Positions 1 through 9,563 of a DNA stretch of 64,000 nt are shown piece after piece. The stretch comes from an uncultured Candidatus Rokubacteria bacterium (GTDB taxonomy: Bacteria; Methylomirabilota; Methylomirabilia; Rokubacteriales; CSP1-6): assembly GCA_963762145.1 (NCBI GenBank), contig CAVXJS010000011.1:256001-320000 (forward strand), written 5' to 3'. The translations under genes were made by a program, and so were the position numbers. Position 1 is the first letter of the stretch; each line of letters starts with the position of its first letter. The notes under the pieces are model-generated. The model was not told the DNA's origin. It did no database searches and saw only the letters and a list, made by a program, of their open reading frames with translations.

Positions 1-81
1 CCCGTCGCGCTTCAGCACCTCGACCAGCACGTCGCGGAGGTTGTCCTCGTCGTCCACCACGAGGATCCGATGCCGCGCCAT
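1..81 (-). CDS. Response-regulator receiver protein, N-terminus only (runs off the window)
   Basis: Manual translation from ATG at 81: MARHRILVVDDEDNLRDVLVEVLKRDG; ILVVDD is the receiver beta-1 motif. Confidence 0.75.
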   Translation of the reverse strand, partial: MARHRILVVDDEDNLRDVLVEVLKRDG

Positions 82-82
82 C

Positions 83-1288
83 CTAGCTCCGGGCGTCGAG
101 GATGGCCTGCGCGATCAGCCCCGCGCCCTCGTAGCAGCGCTCGGGAGACTCGAAGCTGAACGCCAGCCGGATATGACGCTCGCCGCCCCCGTTGGGGAAG
201 AAGGACGTGCCGGCGGTGTACTGCACGCGGGACCGGACCGCCCCCTCGTACAGCCTGGCGGTGTCGGTACCGGTGGGCAGCTTGATCCAGATGAAGAACC
301 CGCCTTCGGGCTTGCTGATCTCGACGTCGGTGTCCCGCAGCTTCTCCCAGAGCCCGCGCAGCATGGCGTCGCGCTTGGCGCGGTAGACGTTGACGAGCAG
401 GGCCACGTGGGGCACCAGGTTGTCGCGCAGGAAGTAGGTGGCCACGCGCGAGGCGAAGGGGTTCACGCCGCCTCCGAAGAGGAAGCCCTGGAAGGCGGGG
501 ATCATCTCCTTGGGCGCGCAGAGCCAGCCGAGGCGGAAGCCCGCGCCCAGGATCTTGGACACGGTCCCCGCGCGCATCACCCGTCCGCCGCCGTCCAGCG
601 CGTAGAGCGAGGGCAGGTGCTCGCCCTCGAAGCGCAGCTCGCCGTAGGCGTCGTCCTCCAGGATGAGGGTGTCGTACTCGTGGGCGAGATCGATCAGCTC
701 CCGGCGACGGCGCAGCGTCAGGGACGGCCCGGACGGGTTCTGGAAGTTCACGATCGTGTAGATGAGCTTGCAGCGGCGGCCCTGCTTCCGGAGGGTGGCC
801 AGGTGCTCCCGCGCCACGTCCACCACCAGCCCGTCCTGGTCCACCGGCACGTCGAGCACCTGCGGGCCGTGGCGGCGGATGGTCTGGAGCGTGCCGGAGA
901 AGGTCGGGGCCTCCGACAGGATCACATCGCCCGGGTCCACGAGCGCGCTGAAGGCCAGCGAGAGCGCGTGCCCGGAGCCGTTCGAGATGATGATGTTGTC
1001 GGGCCCGACCTTGAGCCCCTCGAAGAGGCCGTACTTGTGGCACACCAGCTCGCGCAGGCCGCGGTAGCCCTGCGCCTCGCCATAGGTGAGCGCCTCGGCG
1101 CCCTCCGCCCGGATCATCCGGGCGGTGGCGTCGATGAGGCCGTCGTAGGGGAAGGACGCGGGATCCGGCAACCCGCCCCCGAACTCGTACAGCGCATTGG
1201 TGACCGGACGCGCGGCGGCGGGCGCGCCCCATCCGATGCGGGCGCGCTGGGACAGCAGATCGACGAACGAGTCGGGGGCGGTGGTCAT
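83..1288 (-). CDS. PLP-dependent aminotransferase class I/II (MocR/LysN-like)
   Basis: 401 aa; NFQNPSG, ILEDDAYGEL, GTVSKILGAGFRLGW, PEGGFFIW motifs. Confidence 0.92.
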   Translation of the reverse strand: MTTAPDSFVDLLSQRARIGWGAPAAARPVTNALYEFGGGLPDPASFPYDGLIDATARMIRAEGAEALTYGEAQGYRGLRELVCHKYGLFEGLKVGPDNIIISNGSGHALSLAFSALVDPGDVILSEAPTFSGTLQTIRRHGPQVLDVPVDQDGLVVDVAREHLATLRKQGRRCKLIYTIVNFQNPSGPSLTLRRRRELIDLAHEYDTLILEDDAYGELRFEGEHLPSLYALDGGGRVMRAGTVSKILGAGFRLGWLCAPKEMIPAFQGFLFGGGVNPFASRVATYFLRDNLVPHVALLVNVYRAKRDAMLRGLWEKLRDTDVEISKPEGGFFIWIKLPTGTDTARLYEGAVRSRVQYTAGTSFFPNGGGERHIRLAFSFESPERCYEGAGLIAQAILDARS

Positions 1289-1316
1289 GACACGAGGATT
1301 CTAGCGCCGCCCACGG

Positions 1317-2507
1317 CTAGGCCACGACCTTCTTGTCGCGGAGCGTCTTGATGTCGGCCGCCGGGATCCCCAGCTCGCCCAGGACCTGATCGGTGTGCTC
1401 CCCCGAGTGGGGGGCGGCGCTCCGGATCGTGCCCGGGGTGTCGGAGAGCTTGATGGGCTGGCCGAACTGCTTCACGGTGCCGTGCACCGGGTGGCGCATC
1501 TCCACGATCATGTCGCGGGCCTGCACCTGCGGGTCGGCCACGACCTCGTCCGGCTCGTAGACCTTCCCCACGCACACGTCGGCCTTCACCAGGAAGTCGT
1601 ACCACTCGTCCCGGGTGCGGGTCCGGATGATGGCCTCGATCTCCTCTCGGGCCGCCACCTCTTCCGCGTTGGCCGCCCGCACGAACTGGTCGGCCTTGCG
1701 GGCGAACTTCACCATGTCCGGCCGCTTGATGGCCTTGCAGAAGTTCTCCCAGAGCCAGGGCTCGGTGCAGCCGATGGTCAGGTGCTTGCCGTCCTTGGTG
1801 TCGTAGACCGCGTAGTACGGATACGACCCGCCCAGGAAGCCCTCGCCGCGCTTGGGCGCCATCCCGTCGCTCCAGAAGAAGCGCATGTTGGGCGTGGCGG
1901 CCAGGAGGGCCAGCGAGGTGTCGAGGTAGGAGACGTCCACGTGCTGGCCCCGGCCGGTGCGCTCGCGGGCGAACAGCGCCATCATGATGCCGAGCGCGCC
2001 GTGCATGCTGGCCCCGCCGTAGTCGGCCACCAGGTTGAGCGGGAAGATCGGCTTGCGGCCCGGCTCGCCGATGAGATTCAGCACCCCGGCCATCGAGAGG
2101 TAGTTGCCGTCGTGGGCCGGGTAGTCCTTGTAGGGCCCGTTGTGGCCGAAGCCGGAGAGCGAGCAGTAGACGAGGCGCGGGTTGCTCGCCGAGAGGGTCT
2201 CGAAGTCACCGCCCAGGCGCTTCATCACGCCGGGCCGGAAGCCCTCCACGATGACGTCCGCGGTGGCCGCGAGCTTCTTGAAGATCGCCTGGCCCTCGGG
2301 GGCCTTCATGTTGAGCGCGAGCGAGCGCTTGTTGCGATTGACGTAGGCGAACGCGGCGCGGCGCTTGGTGGCCGCGTCCTCCGGCTCGTCGGGCGGCGTC
2401 TCGATCTTGAGCACGTCCGCGCCCATGTCGGCCAGGAACATGCCGGGCATCTCGGCCGGGGGGACGCGCGCCATCTCCAGCACCTTGATTCCGTCCAGCA
2501 CTCCCAT
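1317..2507 (-). CDS. CoA-transferase family III (CaiB/BaiF)
   Basis: LADMGADVLKIE, NRNKRSLALN, EGFRPGVMKRLG, SLSGFG..GPY, RERTGRGQHVDVS. Confidence 0.93.
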   Translation of the reverse strand: MGVLDGIKVLEMARVPPAEMPGMFLADMGADVLKIETPPDEPEDAATKRRAAFAYVNRNKRSLALNMKAPEGQAIFKKLAATADVIVEGFRPGVMKRLGGDFETLSASNPRLVYCSLSGFGHNGPYKDYPAHDGNYLSMAGVLNLIGEPGRKPIFPLNLVADYGGASMHGALGIMMALFARERTGRGQHVDVSYLDTSLALLAATPNMRFFWSDGMAPKRGEGFLGGSYPYYAVYDTKDGKHLTIGCTEPWLWENFCKAIKRPDMVKFARKADQFVRAANAEEVAAREEIEAIIRTRTRDEWYDFLVKADVCVGKVYEPDEVVADPQVQARDMIVEMRHPVHGTVKQFGQPIKLSDTPGTIRSAAPHSGEHTDQVLGELGIPAADIKTLRDKKVVA

Positions 2508-2525
2508 GGGGCTCTCCTGATCTCA

Positions 2526-2560
2526 CCCTCTCCCCTTAGGGGAGAGGGCAGGGTGAGGGG
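2526..2560. repeat. REP-like palindromic repeat, copy 1
   Basis: CCCTCTCCCC-TTA-GGGGAGAGGG hairpin followed by CAGGGTGAGGGG; the reverse complement matches 22920-22954 except in the loop. Confidence 0.75.
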
Positions 2561-2563
2561 GCA

Positions 2564-3319
2564 TCACTTGTACGCGTCGGGAGCCTTGATCGCGCGCTCC
2601 CAGAACGCGGGGTCGTGGCTCGGGAAGATGCGCCCGCCGGTGAGCCGCGCGAGCGTCTTGAGCCGCTTGATGCTGTGCATGGCCCGGGTCGGGTCCCACA
2701 CGACGCCGGGCGGGATCTCCTCGTCGATCGATTGCTGCCAGTAGCAGGAATCGCCGGCCAGGATCACGGGTCCGGTGCGGGGCAGCTGCACCAGGAGCGA
2801 CTGGTGCCCCGGGGTGTGGCCGTCGCTGCGCAGCACGGTCACGCCCGGGACCAGCTCGGTGTCGCCGTCGAGCAGGCGCCAGCGGTAGCCGGGCAGGTCG
2901 AAGTTCTTGCGGTAGTAGTACGAGGCGAAGAACGCGGCCGGGTAGTGCGCGTACGCGTACTCCTCCTTCTGCACGACGAGCTCGGAGGTGTCGAAGATCG
3001 CGGCCCCGCCCGCGTGGTCGAAGTGCAGGTGGCTGAGGACGACGAGATCCACGTCCTTGGGCTCGAGCCCGATCGAGTCGAGCCGGCGCACCAGGAGATC
3101 CTCGTCGCTGAAGCGGCAGAGCGGATCCTGGCGCACGAGGCCCGGCACCGCGCGCGGCGAGATGCCGGTGTCGAAGAGGATGGCCGCGTCACCGGTGCGC
3201 ACGAGGTAGCAGGTGACCGGGATGGCCACGCGCTCGGCCGAGCGGTCGCCGTAGAAGAGCCCCGCGCGCTCGAAGCCGAGGAAGCCGTTCTGCAGCGCGT
3301 AGAGCGCCTCGACCGCCAT
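2564..3319 (-). CDS. Metallo-beta-lactamase-fold hydrolase, N-acyl homoserine lactonase family
   Basis: Start MAVEALY; FDTG, SHLHFDHAGG, GHTPGHQS, LAGD, PSHD motifs. Confidence 0.88.
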   Translation of the reverse strand: MAVEALYALQNGFLGFERAGLFYGDRSAERVAIPVTCYLVRTGDAAILFDTGISPRAVPGLVRQDPLCRFSDEDLLVRRLDSIGLEPKDVDLVVLSHLHFDHAGGAAIFDTSELVVQKEEYAYAHYPAAFFASYYYRKNFDLPGYRWRLLDGDTELVPGVTVLRSDGHTPGHQSLLVQLPRTGPVILAGDSCYWQQSIDEEIPPGVVWDPTRAMHSIKRLKTLARLTGGRIFPSHDPAFWERAIKAPDAYK

Positions 3320-3321
3320 GC

Positions 3322-4047
3322 TCAGGCGCGGGACTTGGCGGGGCGGCGGGCGCGGGCGCCCTTCGGGCGGTCGGCCGGCCCGAGCGGATCGTAGACCCAG
3401 ATCTTGTTGGCCGCGCTGATCCCCATGGTGACGGTGCGGCCCTCGAGCACGATCGAGACGGTGCCCGCGTAGGGAGCGATCTCGCTCACCACGATGCGGC
3501 TGCCCGGCCGGATGCCGCTCTCCCAGAGGAAGCGCAGGAGCTGGCGATCCGCCTCCGCCTCCTCGGTGATGCGCTCGACCACGAACGGGTGGTCCTTGGG
3601 GGCCTGGCTGAGCGGGATCGGGCTGTGGGCCTCGGGGGCCGGCATACCGGGGATCGGGTTGCCGTGGGGACAGGTGCTCGGCATGCCGAGGGTCTCGGCG
3701 AGGCGCTCCTCGACCACCGGCGAGAGCGCGTGCTCGAGGCGATGCGCCTCGTCGTGGGCGCGCGACCAGTCGAGCCCGAGCACGTCGGTCAGCCAGCGCT
3801 CGATCAGGCGATGCCGGCGCGCCATGGTCTCGGCGATGCCGAGCCCCTTGGTGGTGAGCCGGATCTCCTTGCGGCCGCCGAGCCGGATGTAGCCGTCCTT
3901 CTGCATGCGGCGCAGCGCCTCGGTGATGGAGGGCGCGGAGACGTGCATGTGCCGCGCGAGCCGCGCGCCGATCACCGGCTTGTCGGTGCCGGCCAGGTCG
4001 TAGATCGCGCCCAGGTAGTCCTGGATCGCCGGAGTCGTCTCGTTCAT
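3322..4047 (-). CDS. DtxR/MntR/IdeR-family metal-dependent repressor with FeoA-like C-terminal domain
   Basis: IQDYLGAIY, SAPSITEALRRM (HTH), RRHRLIERWL, AHDEAHRLEH, CPHGNPIP. Confidence 0.92.
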   Translation of the reverse strand: MNETTPAIQDYLGAIYDLAGTDKPVIGARLARHMHVSAPSITEALRRMQKDGYIRLGGRKEIRLTTKGLGIAETMARRHRLIERWLTDVLGLDWSRAHDEAHRLEHALSPVVEERLAETLGMPSTCPHGNPIPGMPAPEAHSPIPLSQAPKDHPFVVERITEEAEADRQLLRFLWESGIRPGSRIVVSEIAPYAGTVSIVLEGRTVTMGISAANKIWVYDPLGPADRPKGARARRPAKSRA

Positions 4048-4130
4048 GGGCGCCAGCATACCGACCGGCGCGGCGGCGGGCAAGTCCCCGGCCGGACGTG
4101 ATATTCTTGCCCGACCAGGAGGCCGGGCCA

Positions 4131-5294
4131 ATGGACTTCGCGCTCACGGAATCGCAGGAGCTGATCAGGAAGGAGACGGGGGCGCTCGCCCGCACCTTCT
4201 CCCTCGACTACTGGCTCGACAAGGACGACCGCGCCGAGTACCCGAGCGACTTCGTGAAGGCCTTCGCGGACAATGGCTGGCTCGGCATCACGATCCCGGA
4301 GGAGTACGGCGGCGCCGGGCTCGGCGTCACCGAGGCCGCGCTGATGCTCCACGAGATCTGCGCCTCGGGCGCCGGCACCTCCGGCTGCTCCCCGATCCAC
4401 TTCTACGTGTTCCCGCCCACCCCGATCGTCAAGTACGGCACCGAGGCGATGAAGCGGGCGTACCTGCCGCGGATCGTGAGCGGCGACATCGTGATGGCCT
4501 TCGGCGTCACCGAGCCCAACGCGGGCACCGACACCTCGCGCATCCAGACCCGCGCGGTTCGGAAGGGCGACCACTGGATCGTGAACGGTAGAAAAGTCTG
4601 GACCACCAACGCCCAGCACGCCAACAGGATCCTCCTGCTCGCGCGCACCGCCGACCGTGATCCGAAGAAACCCCTCAAGGGCATGACCCTCTTCTTCGCC
4701 GACTTCGATCGCACCAAGATCTCGGTGCGCCTGATCCACAAGCTCGGCCGGGCCGCGGTCGACTCCAACGAGATCTTCATCGACGACCTGGAGATCCCCG
4801 ACGCGGACGTGGTGGGGACGGTGGGCGAGGGCTTCTACCACCTCCTCGACTCCCTGAACCCCGAGCGCATCGTGATCGGGATCGAGGCGGTCGGGATCGG
4901 GCGCGCCGCGCTGGACCGCGCGGTGCAGTACGCCAAGGAGCGCGTCGTCTTCGACCGGCCGATCGGGAAGAACCAGGCCATCGCGCATCCGCTCGCGCAC
5001 GCGATGGCCCAGCTCGACGCGGCCGAGATGATGTGCCTGAAGGCCGCGTGGCTCTTCGACAACGGCAAGCCGTGCGGACGCGAGGCGAACGCGGCCAAGA
5101 TGCTCGCGGCGGAGGCGGGGTTCAACGCCTGCGACGCGGCGCTGCAGACCTTCGGCGGGTTCGGCTACGCCAAGGAGTTCCACGTGGAGCGGCTGTGGCG
5201 CGAGATCCGGCTCTACAAGATCGCGCCGGTGTCCCAGCAGATGGCGCTGAACTACCTCGCCGAGCACGTGCTCGGCCTGCCGCGCTCCTACTGA
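4131..5294 (+). CDS. Acyl-CoA dehydrogenase
   Basis: IPEEYGGAG, FGVTEPNAGTD, NGRKVWTTN, R..FDRPIGKNQAI, QTFGGFGYAKE. Confidence 0.95.
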   Translation: MDFALTESQELIRKETGALARTFSLDYWLDKDDRAEYPSDFVKAFADNGWLGITIPEEYGGAGLGVTEAALMLHEICASGAGTSGCSPIHFYVFPPTPIVKYGTEAMKRAYLPRIVSGDIVMAFGVTEPNAGTDTSRIQTRAVRKGDHWIVNGRKVWTTNAQHANRILLLARTADRDPKKPLKGMTLFFADFDRTKISVRLIHKLGRAAVDSNEIFIDDLEIPDADVVGTVGEGFYHLLDSLNPERIVIGIEAVGIGRAALDRAVQYAKERVVFDRPIGKNQAIAHPLAHAMAQLDAAEMMCLKAAWLFDNGKPCGREANAAKMLAAEAGFNACDAALQTFGGFGYAKEFHVERLWREIRLYKIAPVSQQMALNYLAEHVLGLPRSY

Positions 5295-5296
5295 TC

Positions 5297-5704
5297 GTGG
5301 ACCTGCTCCTCACCACCCACGACACCGGATATCAGCGGCCCGACGGGCCGACCATCGCCAAGGTGCTGGCGTCGCTCGACGGCGGCCGCAACGTGCTGGC
5401 CACCCTCGGGACGTCCGACGCCACGTACCTGCAGGCGAGCGGGAGCGTGCAGACCGGCTTCGGTCTCTACCTGCAGGAGGGCTCGCTGGAGCGGCGCTAC
5501 CGCACCCGGGACCGCGCCCTGCCGCTGGCGTGGGTGACCGAGGCGTTCCAGCGTTACGCCGGCGGCGATCTCGGCTGGCGCGATGCGGTCGCGTGGGAGC
5601 AGGATCCCATTCACGTCCCGCGCGAGTCATGGATGACGAGCTGGCCCGCCTACATCACGCTGCTGGTCGCGGTGGCCGCCGCGATGTGGTTCTTCCTCGC
5701 CTGA
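5297..5704 (+). CDS. Hypothetical protein with C-terminal transmembrane anchor
   Basis: GTG start just after the acyl-CoA dehydrogenase stop; hydrophobic C-terminus YITLLVAVAAAMWFFLA. Confidence 0.6.
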   Translation: MDLLLTTHDTGYQRPDGPTIAKVLASLDGGRNVLATLGTSDATYLQASGSVQTGFGLYLQEGSLERRYRTRDRALPLAWVTEAFQRYAGGDLGWRDAVAWEQDPIHVPRESWMTSWPAYITLLVAVAAAMWFFLA

Positions 5705-5711
5705 CGGAAGG

Positions 5712-6425
5712 CTAAGGCTGCGGCGAGATCAGCAGCCGCTCGTGCAGGGCGCTCAGGATCTCGGCGATCGCGGCCTGCGCCCACACGTCGTAGAAGGGGG
5801 ATTCGAGCAGCTCGCCGATGGCGGCGCCGGCGCGCGCCTTCGCCTGCTCCGGGGTCTCGCCCGCGCGCGCCGCGCGCAGGTGGCCCAGCACGCGGTCCTT
5901 GCGGTAGATCGCGGGGTACTCGATGTAGCGGTACAGCTCGGCGAAGTCCGCGGCGAAGAACACCGCCACCGGGACCGATGCCCACCGCTGGCCGTCCTTC
6001 TCGTTCGCGTAGGCCCGCACCAGGTCGGCGTTGCCGCCCGAAGCCTCGTCGGGCAGGCCCTTGAGCAGCATGGTCTCGCCGTCCCGGATGAAGATGCGCA
6101 GCTCGAGGCCGCCCGCCTTGGCGAGCCGCGCGAGGTAGGGGACATCCCGCCGGCAGTCGGAGGACCAGTCCTCCGAGATCACCGCGACCTTGGCGGGCCC
6201 GCCCGGCTGCGCGGCCAGCCACTGGATGGCCCCGATCTGGTCGGGCGTGAGCCGGGCCTCGGTGTGGCGCTTGCGGAGGAAGGCGCTCCAGTCCAGCCGC
6301 GGGCGCGCCATGCTGAACCGGCGGATGTCGAAGCCCTCGCGGGCCAGGTTCTCGGCGGAGCCGGTGAACGTCACGTAGTCGTCGAAGGTCATGCCCTGGG
6401 CGAAGCGTTCCGGCGTCATGCGCAC
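5712..6425 (-). CDS. Thioredoxin-like protein
   Basis: GMTFDDY N-terminus; ISEDWSSDCRRDVP (SxxC variant); SVPVAVFF cis-Pro region. Confidence 0.75.
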   Translation of the reverse strand: MRMTPERFAQGMTFDDYVTFTGSAENLAREGFDIRRFSMARPRLDWSAFLRKRHTEARLTPDQIGAIQWLAAQPGGPAKVAVISEDWSSDCRRDVPYLARLAKAGGLELRIFIRDGETMLLKGLPDEASGGNADLVRAYANEKDGQRWASVPVAVFFAADFAELYRYIEYPAIYRKDRVLGHLRAARAGETPEQAKARAGAAIGELLESPFYDVWAQAAIAEILSALHERLLISPQP

Positions 6426-6443
6426 GTCATCCTCTCTGGGGTC

Positions 6444-7604
6444 TCAGGTGAACAGGCGGCGGCTCGCGATGGCCGCGCCCTCGGTGAGGGCGCCGAGCTT
6501 GGCCCACACCACGCTGTGGGCCACCATCTCCGAGCCGGCGAAGGTGCCGAAGCCGCAATCGGTGGACGCGATCACGCGCGTGGGGTCGCCCACCGCCTCG
6601 ACCGCGGCGGCGATGCGGTCGGCCACCACCTCGGGATGCTCGACGTAGTTGGTGGTGGTGTCGATCACCCCGGGCAGCAGGAGCATGGAGTCGGGGAGCG
6701 GATGGCGCTTGAACACGCGGTACTCGTGCTGGTGGCGCGGGTTGGCCAGCGGCAGGGACAGGGCGCCGACCCGGGCCCGGTAGAAGAGGGGAAGCACCGC
6801 CTCGAGCGGCACGTCATGCGTGTGGGGGCCGTCGTAGTTGCCCCAGCAGACGTGCAGACGGATCCGGTCGGGGGGGATGCCGGCGGTGGCCTGGTTGATC
6901 GCTTCCACGTGCAGCTCGACGCTCCGCTGGAAGGCCTCGAGGGAGTCGTTCTGGAAGAAGCGCACCCGCTCCATGGCCAGGTCGGGGCAGTCCACCTGCA
7001 AGAGGAGCCCGCGGGCGTGGATCAGCGCGTACTCCTTGCGCATCTCCCGGGCCAGCGCCATGACGTACTCCTCGTGCGAGCGGTAGTGGGCGGAGAGCAG
7101 GATGGTCGCGATCACCCCGGGCGAGGCCGCGGTCATGAAGCGCTCGGTGAAGGCCGACGCGCGGCCGTCGGTGTGCCGGAGGAAGCCGTCGCACTCCTCG
7201 GCCGCCGGCCCCAGGTCGGCGTACTCCACGTCCGCGATGGCCTGCGGGGCGTCCGCGATCCGGGCCGCGTCGCGCCGGCGCCGGGCGAGCATCTCGGCGT
7301 AGTCCGGGAAGTCGATCAGGTCGCGGGCGGGCAGGCGCTGGCTGGCGCCGCCGAAGCCGCGCATGCGGCCGGCCACGTAGGTCGAGAACCCGGCGCGGGG
7401 CTGCTCGCCGTTGTTGCCCACGTCGATGCCGATCTCGAGCTGCCGGGAGACCACGTGCGCGACCGCCGCGTCGGCCTCGCGGGCGAGCGCGGCCGCGTCC
7501 ACCGGCTCGCCCCGGTCGCGGCGGACGAGCAGGTCGCGCAGGGCGGCCGGGCGCGGGAGACTGCCGACGTGGGTGGTCAGGATGCGCCGGTCGCTGCGCT
7601 TCAC
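6444..7604 (-). CDS. Cobalamin-independent methionine synthase II family protein (MetE C-terminal domain-like)
   Basis: ILTTHVGSLPRP, LQVDCPDL, LHVCWGNY, PGVID, STDCGFGT (Zn ligands H-x-C ... C). Confidence 0.9.
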   Translation of the reverse strand: MKRSDRRILTTHVGSLPRPAALRDLLVRRDRGEPVDAAALAREADAAVAHVVSRQLEIGIDVGNNGEQPRAGFSTYVAGRMRGFGGASQRLPARDLIDFPDYAEMLARRRRDAARIADAPQAIADVEYADLGPAAEECDGFLRHTDGRASAFTERFMTAASPGVIATILLSAHYRSHEEYVMALAREMRKEYALIHARGLLLQVDCPDLAMERVRFFQNDSLEAFQRSVELHVEAINQATAGIPPDRIRLHVCWGNYDGPHTHDVPLEAVLPLFYRARVGALSLPLANPRHQHEYRVFKRHPLPDSMLLLPGVIDTTTNYVEHPEVVADRIAAAVEAVGDPTRVIASTDCGFGTFAGSEMVAHSVVWAKLGALTEGAAIASRRLFT

Positions 7605-8113
7605 GAGCCGGCCGCCTGGCGCAGCTCCTTCTGCAGCCAGTCCAGCAGGAGCGCCTTCTCGTAGCGGAGCTGGTCCGAGGTGACCGGCGCCGCGTGGGTC
7701 AGGTAATTCATGTCCTTGAGCTGGCGGGATCCCGTCCGGATCTCGCCCCGATCCGCGCCGGTGAGCGTGAACCGCAGGTCGATGCGCGGCGGGTAGACAT
7801 CCCTCATCACGCGCAGGTCGCAGCGGCCCGCGCCGCGCCAGAGCTCGATGTCGCCCGCCATGTCCACGTTGGTGACCGTGATCTCGAGCCGCTGCCCGGC
7901 GGGCAGGCGGGACGCGCCCGCCTCCTGCAGGAATCGGGCGAGCTCGTCCATGAGGGCGCGGGCGTCCGCGTCGCGGGAGACGCAGGTGACCTTCAGGTCG
8001 GTGTAGGTCTCGGGATGCGCGAAGACGACGGAGACGCGGGAATCCTCGGCGGCCGCGGCGCCCACCGCGAGGCACAGCACGAGCACGGCCAGCAATGTCC
8101 GGATGATCGTCAT
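7601..8113 (-). CDS. Exported DUF3016-like protein
   Basis: Signal peptide; PETYTD, LEITVTNVDMAGD, YPPRI, LRYEKALLLDW. Confidence 0.75.
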   Translation of the reverse strand: MTIIRTLLAVLVLCLAVGAAAAEDSRVSVVFAHPETYTDLKVTCVSRDADARALMDELARFLQEAGASRLPAGQRLEITVTNVDMAGDIELWRGAGRCDLRVMRDVYPPRIDLRFTLTGADRGEIRTGSRQLKDMNYLTHAAPVTSDQLRYEKALLLDWLQKELRQAAGS

Positions 8114-8145
8114 GGGGAGGATATCTCCAGCCGGCGGGCGATGGG

Positions 8146-9039
8146 CTAGCCGGCCCTGGGAGTGATCTGGATGAGAGGGGCTGGCTCGGTCTCGATCTGG
8201 ATCGTGGTGTGATCGATGCCGAAGCGGGCGTGGAGGACGAGGTGCAGCTCCTCGAGGATTCGATCGGTGGGCGCGCCCGCCTCGACCACCACGTGGGCGC
8301 TCATCGCCTCGCGGCCGGAGGTGAGCGTCCACACGTGCAGGTCGTGGACCCGCCGCACCGCCGGGGCCGAGCGCAGGGCGTCCTCGATCTCGGTGACGTC
8401 CAGGTGCGGCGGCGCGCCCTCGAGCAGGATGTTCACCGCCTGACGCAGCAGGGCCCACGTGCGCGGCAGGATGAAGAGCGCGATCAGCGCGCCCGCGATG
8501 ACGTCGGCGAGCGTCCACCCCGTGAAGATGATGACGAGGCCGGCCACGATCACGAGGGCAGAGCTCACCGCGTCGCCCAGGACCTCGAGGTAGGCGCTCC
8601 GCACGTTCAGGCTCTCCGCCGCGCCGCCGTGCAGCAGCCAGATGCCGGCCAAGTTCACGAGCAGGCCGAGCGTCGCGACCACCAGGATCGGGCCGCCCGG
8701 CACGTGCGGCGGCTGCCAGAGCCGCTCGTAGGTGGCGACCAGGATGGCGATGGCCATCACGCACAGGACCACCCCGTTGACGAGGGCGGCCAGGATCTCC
8801 ACGCGGTAGTAGCCGTAGGTCTTGGCCGGCGTGGCCGGACGCTCGGCGAACCAGACCGCGAGCAGGCTCAGGAGCACGCCGCCCGCGTCCACCAGCATGT
8901 GGGTCGCGTCGGCCAGGAGGGCGAGGCTGCCCGTCCAGAGCCCCACCGCGGCCTCTATCAAGAGAAAGGCGGAGGTCAAGCCGAAGACGGCCAGCAGATG
9001 TCGCTTGTGGCGGGAGCCGTGAGTGTGCCGGCCGTGCAC
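8146..9039 (-). CDS. Cation diffusion facilitator (CzcD/ZitB-like) Zn/Co/Cd exporter
   Basis: His-rich N-terminus, GSLALLADATHMLVD, TYGYYRVEILAALVNG, VHDLHVWTLT, HTTIQIE. Start position approximate. Confidence 0.92.
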   Translation of the reverse strand: MHGRHTHGSRHKRHLLAVFGLTSAFLLIEAAVGLWTGSLALLADATHMLVDAGGVLLSLLAVWFAERPATPAKTYGYYRVEILAALVNGVVLCVMAIAILVATYERLWQPPHVPGGPILVVATLGLLVNLAGIWLLHGGAAESLNVRSAYLEVLGDAVSSALVIVAGLVIIFTGWTLADVIAGALIALFILPRTWALLRQAVNILLEGAPPHLDVTEIEDALRSAPAVRRVHDLHVWTLTSGREAMSAHVVVEAGAPTDRILEELHLVLHARFGIDHTTIQIETEPAPLIQITPRAG

Positions 9040-9047
9040 GGGCGCGA

Positions 9048-9563
9048 TCAGCGGGCCGGAGGCAGCACCAGCCGCGCTTCTCCCTGACGGATGCCCTGGC
9101 TCGCGAAGAATCCGGCGTGGGCCTCGACCGCGTAGCGGAAGGAGCCGAGCGGTCCGTACAGCTCGGTCGGGCTCGGGTCCATCTTGAGGATGGCGAAGAT
9201 GCGGCCGTCGTCCTTCACGAACGCGATGTCCAGGGCCGCGGGCACGTTCTGCATGTGGAACTGGGTGACGATCTCGCGCCCGAAGTCGAAGAGGATGAGG
9301 TGTCGCTTGATCTCCTCGGGGGTCGCGCACTGGAAACCGCCCGCCTGGCGCTCGCCGGTGTCGGCGGCCTTCACCCGGAGCGCGATGGTGCGGGCGCCCG
9401 CCTGCACGCTCACCATCCGGACCGGCATGCCCGCGAAGGCCTCGCGCCAGCGGGGACATTCTGGGTTTTGGGCAGAGCCCTTGGCCGGGCTCTGGGCGAG
9501 GGCCGCCGGGACCGCGAGGACCAGGAGCAGCGCGGCCAGGACGGCGGCGCGCGCCGGGATCAC
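9048..9563 (-). CDS. Exported DUF192-family protein
   Basis: Signal peptide; FHMQNVPAALDIAFVKDDG, YAVEAHAGFF. Confidence 0.8.
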   Translation of the reverse strand: MIPARAAVLAALLLVLAVPAALAQSPAKGSAQNPECPRWREAFAGMPVRMVSVQAGARTIALRVKAADTGERQAGGFQCATPEEIKRHLILFDFGREIVTQFHMQNVPAALDIAFVKDDGRIFAILKMDPSPTELYGPLGSFRYAVEAHAGFFASQGIRQGEARLVLPPAR